DNA of 50,054 nucleotides, filler included, from Bipalium vagum (taxonomy: Eukaryota), in NCBI GenBank assembly GCA_037834085.1. It is 2 parts of 2 records of this genome, joined end to end, with 100 filler letters (N's around TTAATTAATTAA, not from the genome) between each part and the next. Parts side by side here need not be neighbours in the genome. Positions count along the whole stretch, not along the records: positions 1 to 17,992 come from JBBMKC010044530.1; 1 more part is not named here. One strand, written 5' to 3'. The position numbers and the translations under genes are program-made. Below the pieces are notes generated by a model. That model saw only the letters and a program-made list of their open reading frames with translations, was not told where the DNA came from and ran no database searches. Shown piece after piece: positions 1 to 11,745 of the stretch; position 1 is the first letter of the stretch, and the number at the start of each line of letters is the position of its first letter.

Positions 1-180
1 ATTGATTTGTAATTTGATATCGATCTGAATATACGTATTAAACAAAAAATCGTTTTCTCAGTGAATTTTAATTAAAAAGCGAACACGTATAAAAGCAACC
101 TTCAACCGTTAAGACCTGAGAGATATTTAGGCTCCGAACTTTAACATCCTTTTTATCCATCAAACTCCAGGATCTTAACA
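1..180 (+). mobile_element. 3' end of an LTR (solo or 3' LTR), related to the LTR at ~10914-11650
   Basis: Shares colinear blocks with the reverse complement of 10914-11090: tttgtaattt, gttttctcagt, gcaaccttcaa..gttaagacct, gctcc, tatccatc, ggatcttaa(c/g)a. Ends in canonical ...TTAACA at 180 and is not followed by a PBS. Confidence 0.7.
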
Positions 181-429
181 TAGCAATTTTAGGTACAGAC
201 TACCTAAGTGCTTATATATAAAGGAAATGTTATTAATTAATATTTATGTTATGAAATAAATTTATATTTCATTTAGTGTCAGAAAAAATTTTTACTTAAA
301 AAATTTAAAATATTATATAAAGAAATCTTCGAAATGTAAATATTTATAAAGTATATTATTAGCAAGCAAAAAGTATAAATATCAACAAAATTCAAAAATA
401 TATAGTATTTTATCATTTATCACAAAAAT

Positions 430-1146
430 TGCAAGTATCAGAAAAAATTTTCCACCACTATAATTCTCTACATGCTGGGGTGAACGCCTGTTTCAGGATT
501 CACAAAGTTATATTTATGACAGACTGTTTTGTGGTTATATATTCCCGTTTTGGTTATACTTCCATATACTTTCGCTTCATCACTATGAATAATAACAACA
601 TTTTCGATTATTGGGATAATTGTTGACATTGTTTTTGTCAGCTCACATTGTTGCAAACCCCCGAGGCCGGTTTGGTTGATGTGTCTTCAATATAAAAACA
701 TCATACCAAGTCAACGATGTGATTTCATATTATGATTTAGTCTAGTTTCAAATACCAACACTATTACGTTGGGCCCTCCAAGTTTAATTTGATTTTACCA
801 ATTAAAAATTTTCTTAATCTGATATAAGCCGGTGCAGATATTTTACCTGCCTTCTCAGTTTGTGCAAAATTCTTATTTCCGGATCATAAAATAATTGCTT
901 TCACTTTTATTTTTAGATGAATCTTAAAATTTGACACCAATGACCCTGTACGAATACTAAGTGTTGTATTATCTTTGAAACATCTCCATTTGAGCCATCA
1001 GATGTGCTTTTATCTGGTAACCTATGAATAAAATGTTTGCATTTTAAGCATTTCACGGACTCCTTTAACAATCCATGTTTGATAAGCCATTGAATAAGTT
1101 CCAAAGAATTGAAATATGAGAGTACATCATTAAAATCATAATCCAT
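430..1146 (-). mobile_element. Degenerate Merlin (IS1016/ISXO2-like DDE) transposase remnant
   Basis: Frameshifted minus-strand pieces: WLIKHGLLKESVKCLKC..SDG (Zn ribbon), KLGGPNVIV, and IIPIIENVVIIHSDEAKVY..HKTVCHKYNFVNPETGVH, typical of DDE_Tnp_IS1595/Merlin. Confidence 0.8.
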
Positions 1147-2221
1147 ATTCTAAAAAAAGATTAATTAAAATACGAAATTTATATATCTTTTAAATATATA
1201 TCATGACGGAATGATTAGAGTTAGTAAAATTTTGTTTAAGTATTTTGGAGTGTCAGAAAAAGTTTTTAAAATTCATTATGTTCTTGCATTTTTTATGCGA
1301 CAGGAGCCAACGATAGCTCCTACACTATTAGGGTGTTATGAGAGTACCGAATCTGGCTCATCAAACAATCCTAAAACCCATTGTCTTTTTTAAAATGTGA
1401 TTTTTTCCTTTTTTTGTTTTTATTTTTAAATTAACATTTATCTGATTAACTATTAGCATTTGATTAAACTTTTAATGATATTTTACTTGATTGTTTTGAT
1501 TCTCATTTCTATTTTATTGATCCTGATGATTTCAGACATTTTCCATTGTAGATTGTGTTATTGTCTGATACGTTTGTATAATTGTTGTAGAAGATTAAAA
1601 TTTTATTGTAGTTGTTTGATTCAATTATTTTCAAACACGACCTAAGTGTTACGTATAGTTTCAGATTAATATAAAGCGCAACATTATCATTGTAATTTGT
1701 TATAGTAATATTATTTTCTGTTATTTTTACTGATGAGATTTTAAATTGATAAACTGTTCTTAAATGTTTGTTTTAAATGAGAATTTATATAAGTAATTAC
1801 ATTCACAAAAAGTTTGAAATCTTATAGTAAAATTATTATAAAATAAGTCATTATGAATATGAGGACGCTAATCAGACCTGGGGAATTTTTTAATTATTTT
1901 AAAATATTAAAAAAGTATGAGTGAAATTTCCAGGTCTGAGAAAATTTGTTTAAATCTTATTTGTTTTATCACTTAATAAATCTTTTCAAAAAAACACTTA
2001 TAATTCTGATTATAAACCGATTGATATTAACAATGAAAAAAACATTCTTAAAAAGTAAAAACGTTTTAATAACTTACATTCATCAAAATAGCATTCTTAC
2101 ACATTTCCGGTGATATTTTAGCTCCCTCTTCAAGCTCCATTTTCTTCGATTGCATGTGCCAGATCTTTTCAGTTCTTTATTTTTCTTATTTACCTTTGTC
2201 TTTATAATTTGTATACATATA

Positions 2222-2487
2222 CACTCTTTGACAAAATTATTTGCCCATCACATATATCTGTATATTATATGTATTATTGTAATTGATTAAATTTTGATGT
2301 TAATGAAGGTCGATATTTCAGTCAAATGGAGATGCATTGGAATGTTCGTAATGTCATAATGTATATTTGATTAAATAAAGTATTTTTGTGTTAAATATCC
2401 TTGTTTTATTATGACGCATAATGATGACAAAATATAAAGTAATATTCATTCTAATATACAATGGGCAAATAATTTTGTCAAAGAGTG
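2222..2487. mobile_element. Tc1/mariner-type MITE, 266 bp
   Basis: Perfect 27-bp TIRs cactctttgacaaaattatttgcccat (2222-2248) and atgggcaaataattttgtcaaagagtg (2461-2487), TA on both flanks, no ORF. Confidence 0.9.
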
Positions 2488-4211
2488 TATATCAAAATTA
2501 TCTGTAGTATTTTAATTTAATATATTGACAAAGTTATTTACTTACATCATTATTTGTTTATCAATATAACAATTAAAAATCAAAATGACTGGTTTTTCTA
2601 TCTTGTTAGTCAGTCTGTCGTCCGTTGTCAAGGATGAAGGTGTACAATGGTTAACTTAACTTATCCCTTCATTTTCAAGGAGAGACAATTATTCATCTCA
2701 AACAGTTTCCCAATAATCTTCACCATGTTTTCTTTTAAAATACCCACTTTTAATGCTGTTTTCTGACCAAAATAATCTCCATTTTATATTATGCTTGTGA
2801 TGATCGCCTACAAATATCACGAAAATTCTCAATGCCAAATAATTTCATAATGATCACGAAAAAAACGAACCTCGTGCATTCATTTCATTTAAGTAGTAAA
2901 AAAAATTTTACGGATCGATTATAAAATAATTTTTAAAGGTTATTACTTAAAGAAAGTAATTCTAGTTTCTCTTAGTTTTATTCGGCCAGTATTTCCAAGT
3001 TCTAAGACTCTCTTTTAATATGATTTTAATTGCTTTAGAAGTTTGTGGTGGAGCATTGCATTTGATTAAAAAAAATTTACTATGATTTTTGGCGCGTTAT
3101 GGAAGTTTAGCATTTAAACATTGGTTCAGTCGGAATAATTGGTTTTGATAGCGCTCAAATTTAACAGGTTCACTTAGTTTAAGAAGACATTGAATCTTTT
3201 GAATCCTATCAGAAGATTTCTTTTCAAAATGATCTGTTTTTACAGTCCATTTTGACTTTTAACCTAGGTTAACCAATTATTTCGAGCGTTTGGGATTTTC
3301 AAATAAAATCTTTCAAATCTCACTAACTATTCTTCGATTTTTTCAGTTATCTTTCGTCTAACTGATAAGGCATTTATTTTCATTTCTTAAAATCTTTCCC
3401 ATGTCCTGTAATAACCTTAAATAATGGCAATGAATAATAAATAACCTTATTTTATGGAAAGTTATTTTTTATGTTAATATTCATCTAATACATTTTCTAA
3501 ATCTTAATTTTGAAGTAAGTACTTAAAGTAGATTTAAGTAAATCAACGCTCACATGATCATAGGATTCTAAATATTTTCCATAAATTTCACAAAGTATTT
3601 GGTAGCTTTCTGCAGCACTTTTTTTCATCATAAAAAAAATTAATAAGAAAATCTCACAAATGATCTTTGTCTGGCATAATTTTTGAAATTTTTAGATATA
3701 AAAATTCATAATGTTAACATCTTATGAATATTTGAATAATTACTCTAGTAAATAACGATTGTTAAAACAAAATTCAAAATATATTATCATGTCAGTGAAT
3801 CAATAAAAATTAAGCCAAATTATTTATCTGAACACCTAGTATAATTAAATGAATGTATTTAAAACAGTACTTTCATAAATAGAAATGGGAGAATTCTCTT
3901 ATTGGTTAACAAGGCTTCCTAGATTAGTTCTGAGAATATTTTTTTCAACATTATTTCTAAACAATTAAAGCAAATTATTCATTTATTTTACAAAATTTGA
4001 TCAAATATATTTGATAATTTTATTTGTTCAGTTTATTTTTTAGTGATGTGTTGATTTTGAAAAACTGGTTTTTATGGAAAATAGTTCATTATTAATATAA
4101 AAAAATTAACTCAATACAGATTTTATATTTCTAAAAAATAAAATAGTGTAATACTTTCAAGTGCACAAATAATTGTGAAAAAGAAATTCTAACCAATGTG
4201 AATTCCTAATT

Positions 4212-7200
4212 TTAGGTAGTGTCAATCTGACAGTTTTGTTTTCTAGACATTCTTTTAAGACTTTTCTTTTGTAAAGACATTTTGAAACTTGAAACAGTAT
4301 ATCGTGACTTGTGGTAACTTAAGTTACAAAACATAAAAAACAGTTCTACAATTGTAATCAAAGACACTCCAATCCATAATCCTAATATACCTCCAAAATC
4401 ACTGAGTAAATTTCCTAACAGATAAGCTTCATATTCTCTAATAATTTCCTTTCGTGGAGACTCAAATTGTACTGTTAATAAAGAAAAGCAATTCCAAACT
4501 GATTTTGAAAATCGAATTCCTTCTTCGATACAGTTTTTAGCCTTTACTAGCGAGGCATGTTCAGTTATTGATGGTAGTTTTATGATTTCATTATAATGTT
4601 TCATAAATTTTTCATGAACAAATGATATCTCATTTATCATAGTATTTTCGAACCATGGCAATGAATAGGAATGTATTGAATATTGAACCTGTTCACATAA
4701 TCCAGGACAGAGATTAATAATATTTTCGTTAAATTCTTTATCTTGGTCTAATTGATTGAGACACTTCATGTTATTTATGATACTCTGAACAGTCGAGTTT
4801 GATTTCTTTTCGTTACAAAATCCCAATGGTTGTTTTCCATTTCTAATAGCTTCGGTAAATAAAGGTAGGTTTTGGTTAATGCAGTTACACGTTTTTATAC
4901 AATTCAATTGGGTGTGATATTGTCGACATAAAACAGCATTGTATTTATATGGAATTGAGTATGTTAATGAACCATCATATTCAAAATCCTTTTGTATGTA
5001 TAATACTGTATCTTTATCGACTAAGCAAGGTGCCCGTAGCTTATTAACAGAGTTACTGCCTAGTTGTTTTATTCTAAATATTGTTTGAGAACCGCTTTGA
5101 AAATTTTCAAAAGATTTTTCTGTCCCGGGAAAAACAAAAGCTTCATTAATGGTAACCTCTCCACCATAAAATGTAATTATCGACTTAAAATCAGAAACAA
5201 ATCGCTTAAAATCACTATCGACAAAAACTCCGACAACTAATTTATCAGGAACAGCTTTCTGTTCCGTTTCGTTATATTGAAATCGAAAACAGCGTTTATT
5301 TATGGGATGATCTATCTCAATAAAATCTTTATAAGAGCAATCTCTATTGTTGATTTCACAGAAAAATATCATTTCATAATTTCTACGATCAAAGGTAACA
5401 TTCATATATCTTTGGCTTCTGTAAAGACTGGTTTCAGCTTCATCCCAATATCTACCAATATTTGTGCTGCTATTGATATCTTCATTTAGCTCCATAAATA
5501 CATTTTTCCAAAATTCGACATTCTAAAACATGAATATTTAAAATTATTTAAGAGGATGCCTTCTAAATTATTATTATTCAGATTAATATCATTATCATGC
5601 TTATTAATATTAGGTTGTAAAAAAATCATGGTTTGATTATTTTTTGGTTTTGCTATACAATATCAACACAAATATATTTGAGAAATCTTTTGCTAGGTTA
5701 AAAGGTAAAGTAAATATTTTGTATTTTCATTTAAATTTAGCAGCTTTGAAATGAAGTCCCAAGTTTATGAAAACTACAATTTTGGCCACCTATTGCTGTT
5801 TTATTTTAATTTAAATCAGAAAGTTCCAATACGTATGGAACATATTTTCACCTGAACTACTTCAAAAATTATTACTAGAAATTAAAAAATGACAAATTCA
5901 ACCTTCAAGACACAGGAAATATGGGTAGGCCGTCCAATTCGATAATAAACAGTTGATTGCACTCTTGAAAAAGGACGGCTATTAAATATACAGAGATTTG
6001 TCTCATATGACTAGTAGCAATCCATTGACAGTCTTTTGCCACCTAAAATCAAAAACTGTGTGCTTGTTTTCCATAATGATTGTACGAAAAATATCAAAGA
6101 AATTCGTTAAAAAATTGCAGTTCAAAATTTTACCCGATAACAAAATATTTGAACCATAAGAAATAATTTCTTCATCAAACAATCACTGTAGATGAGAGAT
6201 AGTATTTGTTTACAAACTTGAAAAACAAGAGAGGTAATTAGATTCTATTTGGAAATCAACACCCAGATTTAAACAAGATGTGCATCCAAAGAAAATTATA
6301 ATTTCTGTTTAATGAAATTGGGCCGGCCTCATACATTGGGAAATGATCCAGTTAGACTAGACTATAGAAAAGCATCTATAATATAAATCAATTGTTTCGA
6401 GTTAAAGGGCAAGAGAAAAGACAGAATAAACGAGTCAAAATGATTCTTCTTCATCATATCGTGAAACCGTATACAAGAAATACCCTCAAACCACTCATCA
6501 AAGTTCTAGGAGACTCTTCAACACCTTCCGTATTTCCCAGACCTTGTGCTAACAGATTTCTATATTTTCTGCTCGCTTTCAAACCATAACCATTACTTTA
6601 GTGAAGAAAGATGACTATAAAAAGATATTGACCAATTTCTTTCTCAATAAATGTAGAGATTTCTGGAATAAAGATTGCAAAAAACTGGAAATATATGAGA
6701 AAATAATAATGAAAAGTGCATTATCAATTGATTTCATTATTTGTAAAAAAAATTTTTATTTCTTATAAATTTGATAATTAAATAATTATTCAAAACCATG
6801 AAAAATTGTTACAACCTAATATTATGAATATGATTATTTTATTATTATTATTTTTTTTTTTTTTTATTTTTATTATTATTATGAATTTTTTTAAATTAAA
6901 TTTTTATTTCATTACTAATTAACTTTTGGCATAGAAGTTTTAAAAAAAAATTTTAATTAAATTTTGATTTTTATAGAATTTTCAATGTTTTAAGTAATTT
7001 CTAAAAATTATTTTTCCTACAGGTATTTTCCTACATACCAACATGTATTGAAGAATATCTTTAATAAAAAAATTTTAATTAATAAAATTATAATAATATT
7101 GTTACAAATAAACTAACTTCAGTAATAAGTTCGTTGATATTAGAATTGTTAAATTTTTTCTGTGGAACTTTTTTATTTTTCTCAAATTTTTCAATATTTA

Positions 7201-7501
7201 TAAATTTGGTAGGGCAAATAGTCAATGCTGGAAAAGGATCGAAATTAACAGAAGATACTATATCTATTGTTGTCGGTAAACCTGCAAATCTCTGAATGAT
7301 TAAATAAAGATGGGCAACAAAACCTATAAAACATGTGCTTATACAAATAGACCAACTGATTTTATTGACCATATTTTTATGATTATATGTTTGAATTATC
7401 CCATGAAAAGAAGTTGTTCTTAAAAAATCCGAAATAGCCTTTTTCTCTTTCTCTTGAAAAATGTTGACATTTTTGAGGGTACGTTGAATTTTTTCGTTCA
7501 T
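4212..7501 (-). CDS. DEG/ENaC (ASIC/FaNaC superfamily) channel subunit, ~564 aa; complement(join(4212..5522,7118..7501))
   Basis: Exon 1 has the TTSFHGI (HG) motif, TM1 and PFPALTIC. Phase-0 intron GAA|gttagt...ttttag|AAT. Exon 2 has the Cys-rich thumb and LLSDFGGILGLWIGVSLITIVE (TM2 with GxS filter). An acceptor (cag) just before the ATG and a donor gtaaga near 7620 imply an upstream, probably UTR, exon. Confidence 0.92.
5610..6819 (+). mobile_element. Full-length but decayed mariner (1.2 kb) in the ENaC intron
   Basis: Imperfect TIRs ttaggttgtaaaaaaaatcatggtttg / caaaaccatgaaaaattgttacaacctaa with TA flanks. Residual motifs ITVDER, ILLHHIVKPY (HDNA-like), PYFPDLV (YSPDL-like). Confidence 0.85.
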
Positions 7502-7935
7502 TCTGAAAAAAGAAAACTAAATTCATGATCAAACAATTTTGTCATTAATTTTCTTCAAAAATTCAATATTAGACATGAAGTCATTTTAGTTATATAAAAA
7601 TATTTGTAGAATTATCTTACTTTTCAATTTATAAAATAGTGTTTTGATTTTAAAAAGTATATGAATTATTTCTTTTATGTTAACATTAAGTTTTTAAATA
7701 TATTTATAACAATAATAGGCTTAAGCGTGCAATGACAATATCCGCCCAATTGAAACATAATCTTTTCTACAATAATGATTTTCCACCAAATCTTAAGAAA
7801 TAAGTTTGCAATTTAAGGAGTATGATCGTAACTGTTAAACAGATTTATTTTATCCGGTAAACATATCAACATTTATTATTAATTACTTTTTTAACAACAT
7901 TTATACTGTATAAAATAAATATATTATATATTATA

Positions 7936-8017
7936 TTAGGTGTATTAGTTTGATTCCGGCTTTTACACAAATGAGTTAAAATTTGTGGTTCAATGAATAA
8001 ATTAAATTGGTACCATA
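7936..8017 (+). mobile_element. Mariner left end (TIR plus ~55 bp), same family as the copy at 21684
   Basis: ttaggtgtattagtttgattccggcttttacacaaatgagtt...aattggtaccat closely matches 21684-21765 (ttaggtgcattaatatgattcagacttttacaaaaatgagtt...aattggtatcat). Preceded by TA. Confidence 0.8.
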
Positions 8018-8644
8018 CGATTTACTATGGCTAACGTGGCTTGTGTGGTGAGGTTACTACTATTAATGAATTTTTCTGATGGTTCAAAGATCACTTCTTG
8101 TCCATTAGATAAATTTTTAGCCAACAGGCATATCTGTTCGTGTCGTGTGGGTATGATGGCTTGATATAGTACAACAGCTATGCGATCTTCGTTTCTTAGC
8201 GCATTCTTGCATCCTCGAGGGTGTACAAATTTTAATTGTTGGGTAGAGAAATCAAGGAATAAACCTGGGATTTTTGATAGGATATCCATGCCAATTATAC
8301 ACTCAAGTTCATTATTTTTACATTATTTTTAATGTATGATCTATGTCTATTAATTTGATTGATACATTCAATGAAACATCACATGCAGGGGTTATGAGAA
8401 GTGGTCTATGTCCAAAAGTATTTTCATGGTTGAGAACCCATTTGAAAGTATTTTTTATGATTTCGATTAATTCAAGTGCCACTGATGAGTTTCCTTTTAA
8501 GATTGCATTATGTAACGGGGTATCACCATACTTATCTGGGACTGTGAATAATGCTGGTATTTTTCGAGCCATTTCGTTAAATGTCTCTTCCCTGGAAAAG
8601 CCAAATGCAAAGTAATGTGCTATTTTAGAATTGTCGTAAAGCAT
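8002..8644 (-). pseudogene. Ankyrin-repeat coding segment inside the retroelement, followed by an unassigned ORF (8002-8289)
   Basis: DKYGDTPLHNAILKGNSSVALELI is a canonical ANK repeat; NTFGHRPLLI is a second, degenerate repeat. Intronless and on the same strand as gag. Confidence 0.8.
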
Positions 8645-9559
8645 TTGTTTTTAAATTCGAATTTGCTGTGGCGGGTATAGGTGCAACTGTCATTACAGGT
8701 TTTTCTATTCCTCGTATTATTTGACAGATAAAATATATACCAGAGAATCTCCCCAAATATATGTAATAACACTCTTTGCGGCATGAATATAATGATCTGC
8801 TCCGAATAATAGATTATAATCCATTTTACCTTGTTGGGCATTGTAAATTTTTGTAATCATCTCTATTATCAATCTCTTGTGCCCGAGGTAAGAGTATTAC
8901 TTTCCTGGCCTGGTATATATCTTCAGGGGAGTATATTCCTCCTTCATTAATGGATGGTAATGGTTTAAATTCGACCATATTTTGCATTTCTATTGCCTCT
9001 GTTGTTTAAACTTTTTCTATTGGCGGTTTCCTTTCTGGTAACGATATCGATTACCCGCCGATCTTATATAGAGGGTATATAATAGGACCACATATGGCTA
9101 TTTGAGATTATACGTTTACTTTTAGTATTATTCGGGTTAATGGGGATACAAATTGTAATAAAATAATAAATAAATAACATGTGAATCACTAGTACATTCT
9201 TTATATTTTGCTAATGGGACATTTAGTTTCTCACATTTGTATGTATCACTAATTTTACGATCAAAAACGCCATCCTGAATTAATAAGGGTGAGGTGAGTT
9301 TGGGGTTATTAATGACAAGGAGTAACCGATTTTTTAATATTTCAAGTCCTAAAACGTTAGCATTTCTTACGCCTATTGCTTTATCGGAAATGATGGTGAT
9401 ATGATTAGATGTTTCTTGTTCAGCTTCACCTAGTCGTTCTACTTTTGCGTATTCCTCCATCAACAGTGACCTTTCAACCTTTCAATGTGTGACATGCATG
9501 TCTCAATTGTGTCGTTATTTTCCTCATTGTCATTTACAATATTTATTTTAGGTGTTAAT

Positions 9560-10867
9560 GAGGGACAACTTCTCTGTAAATGTCCAAATTTTCGAGAAAT
9601 AAAACATTTAACTTTTTCCTCAACATTCACTTGTTAATGTTAGGATGAATTAAAATTTATGCCTTGTGGTGGATTACAATTTATACTTCTGCACATACCT
9701 TTTACATGTCATCTTTTTAAGCATTGTAAACATTGCAAATTTTGCGCTCTACATTCGTTTGCGTTATGGTTTAATCGTGCACTTTTGGTACATTGTTTAT
9801 TATTATTATTTCCATTATTATAGTCAAATTGTTTATTTCCATAATTATTATTATACTCAAATGGTTTATTCCCACTGTTATAATTATTTATATTTGGGTA
9901 CTGATTCATTGGGGCTCTCATTTGGTTACGTTGGTTACTTCCATCTAAAACATTATAAGGTTTAGTGGACTATTCGTTAAATCGGACTCTTTTGTTTATC
10001 AGACATTCTCTGGCTCCATGACCCATTTCATTACACTTATAACATTGAATTTGATTATTATTATTTACTTTAATTGGTGATTTTGGCCTTAACCCGAGGG
10101 ACTGCGGACTCTTATTTATTATACTTACTGTTTTCATTTCAACAGCAATTTCGGCTAATTTTGCCTTCTGAATTTTTTGGTCAAACGCTTCATGTCTATA
10201 TAGCAGTATAGCTGCTTTAATTTCATATCGTAATCCTGACCATCATTGGTCTTTTACTATTACTTTTGTATTTTCGTCCCACTTATCTTGTAAACCGAAA
10301 GCTCTCTGGGCTAAGGTCCTTAAATTATGTGTATATTCTGATACTGTTTCATTCATTTTTTGGTTTAAGCTATAAAATTACTGCCTGAATAACTGATGCC
10401 CAAGTATCATCTTTTCCTTTGGCTACTAAATTTAAATATGTGTCTCTTGCTGCATCTTTTAAGTAAATGTGGAGTTGGTTCATCATTACTTTTTCATTAA
10501 AACCATATGCGCGCATTATTATATAATAATTTGATAAGAAATCGGGTAATTCGGCCGGGTTTCCAGTATAGGTATTCATTTTAATATAACCAGTATACGT
10601 GTTACCATTGTCATCGTGCTCACTTTCAGTCATTTTAGTTAATTTATTTTTATTAATATTTTCAGTAAAACAAGGACGAGTTTGGGAACAAGTTATTATA
10701 GGTTTTTCAACTATTAAACTTTGTTTTTTAACCTTTTTTACTTTAACTTTTTCGATTTGACTGTTAGATTGGGATTCAGAATTAATGGTTGTTACGTTTG
10801 GAAAATTATTATTATCTTCAGAATCGAAATTATCATTATCAATATCAAGATTATTATTATTAGCCGT
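9560..10867 (-). pseudogene. Decayed gag of an LTR retrotransposon with four CCHC-type zinc knuckles
   Basis: The frame is open from an ACG at 10865-10867 (probable mutated ATG) through ATG 10633. Retrotrans_gag-like motifs YTGNPAELPDFL, LKDAARDTY, ETVSEYTHNLRTLAQRAF. Knuckles: CYKCNEMGHGAREC (10003-10044), CTKSARLNHNANEC, CLQCLKR*HVKGMC, CFISRKFGHLQRSC. Contains stops and frameshifts. Confidence 0.88.
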
Positions 10868-10893
10868 TTTATTTTAAAAGGCTCCGAACGTTT

Positions 10894-10911
10894 ATCACGG
10901 CGGGATCACCA
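10894..10911 (-). promoter_or_regulatory. Primer-binding site complementary to tRNA-Trp
   Basis: Minus strand reads TGGTGATCCCGCCGTGAT, 16/18 identical to the tRNA-Trp PBS TGGTGACCCCGACGTGAT. Lies 2 nt from the LTR end and just upstream of gag. Confidence 0.85.
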
Positions 10912-10913
10912 AA

Positions 10914-11650
10914 TCTTAAGATCCTAAAAGATGGATAGATTTTAAAGAGTGGAGCTTATTGTGTTTAGGTCTTAACTTTGAAGGTTGCTGGATTACATGT
11001 TTGTTATTATAATTTAAAGTGACTGAGAAAACAATTTGATTTTTAAAACTTTTATTTGTATTAAAATAAAGTATTAAATTACAAAAGAGTGATATCGTCC
11101 CTGATTGATTAAATAAGTTATTAATTATAATTATTATTATGAAAAATCCTCTCGCTCTTAGGCTCAGAGGTCCTCGATAAAGAAGAACAATTTATCTCAC
11201 CGCCGTACTTAGCGTGTGAAATAACAAAAAAAGAGAAAAAAAGTAAAAGGGACAGAAAATGAAAAAATTATATAATCCTGATATATATAAACCTGAGTAC
11301 TTATTTATTTAATAATAACAAACTGTGTCTTGTCTAACAAGACACGCCTGCTTTAATTAATATAAATAAATAATAATAAATATCAAAAATCAAGTATTAT
11401 AATAATCAAGTTTCAATAGATTTTATAGATCGATTACTAGTCTTGAATACTCTTGGTTTCAAGCCGGTTAAAGTGATTTTAGTGAATTTTTGAAAATAAG
11501 TAATACTTTATTAAACCAATGTAATAAGTAAAAGATATAAAGTTACAAATTTTACTTTAGTAATTAAGGTTAGCATATAAAGGTCTCTGTTTGGTTGTTT
11601 TTCTTTTTCTTTTTCTCTCGTGAAGAACTGTTATAGTATTGTAAATAGTT
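10914..11650 (-). mobile_element. 5' LTR of the ankyrin-bearing retroelement (outer boundary uncertain, ~11547 or ~11652)
   Basis: Abuts the PBS and ends ...GGATCTTAAGA (the sister LTR ends ...GGATCTTAACA). Homologous to 1-180. Internal hairpin gtgtcttg-tctaa-caagacac at ~11325-11345. Confidence 0.65.
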
Positions 11651-11684
11651 ACTTAGAAGGTGCAAACTGATAAGTCTAATTTAT

Positions 11685-11745
11685 TAAATATTACTCCTTC
11701 GGATTTCCATTTGTTCCGCTTGATACAATACGCGCTTTCAATAAA
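11685..11745 (+). mobile_element. Mariner transposase C-terminal fragment
   Basis: NITPSDFHLFRLIQYAL matches the (Y)SPDLAPSDFHLF motif. The DNA ctccttcggatttccatttgttc is also present at ~22318-22340. Confidence 0.75.

Noticed and set aside
1872-1939. Inverted repeat tcagacctgg...ccaggtctga as a structured RNA
   Set aside because: Short stem around an AT-rich loop; more likely a tiny transposon remnant.
8318-8644. Host IkB-like ankyrin gene
   Set aside because: Intronless, interrupted by stops upstream, and colinear with gag; two repeats are not enough to assign an IkB ortholog.
9137-9463. Retroviral aspartic protease
   Set aside because: Only a VLGLEIL resemblance to ILGxDFL; no D(T/S)G catalytic motif found, so not called.
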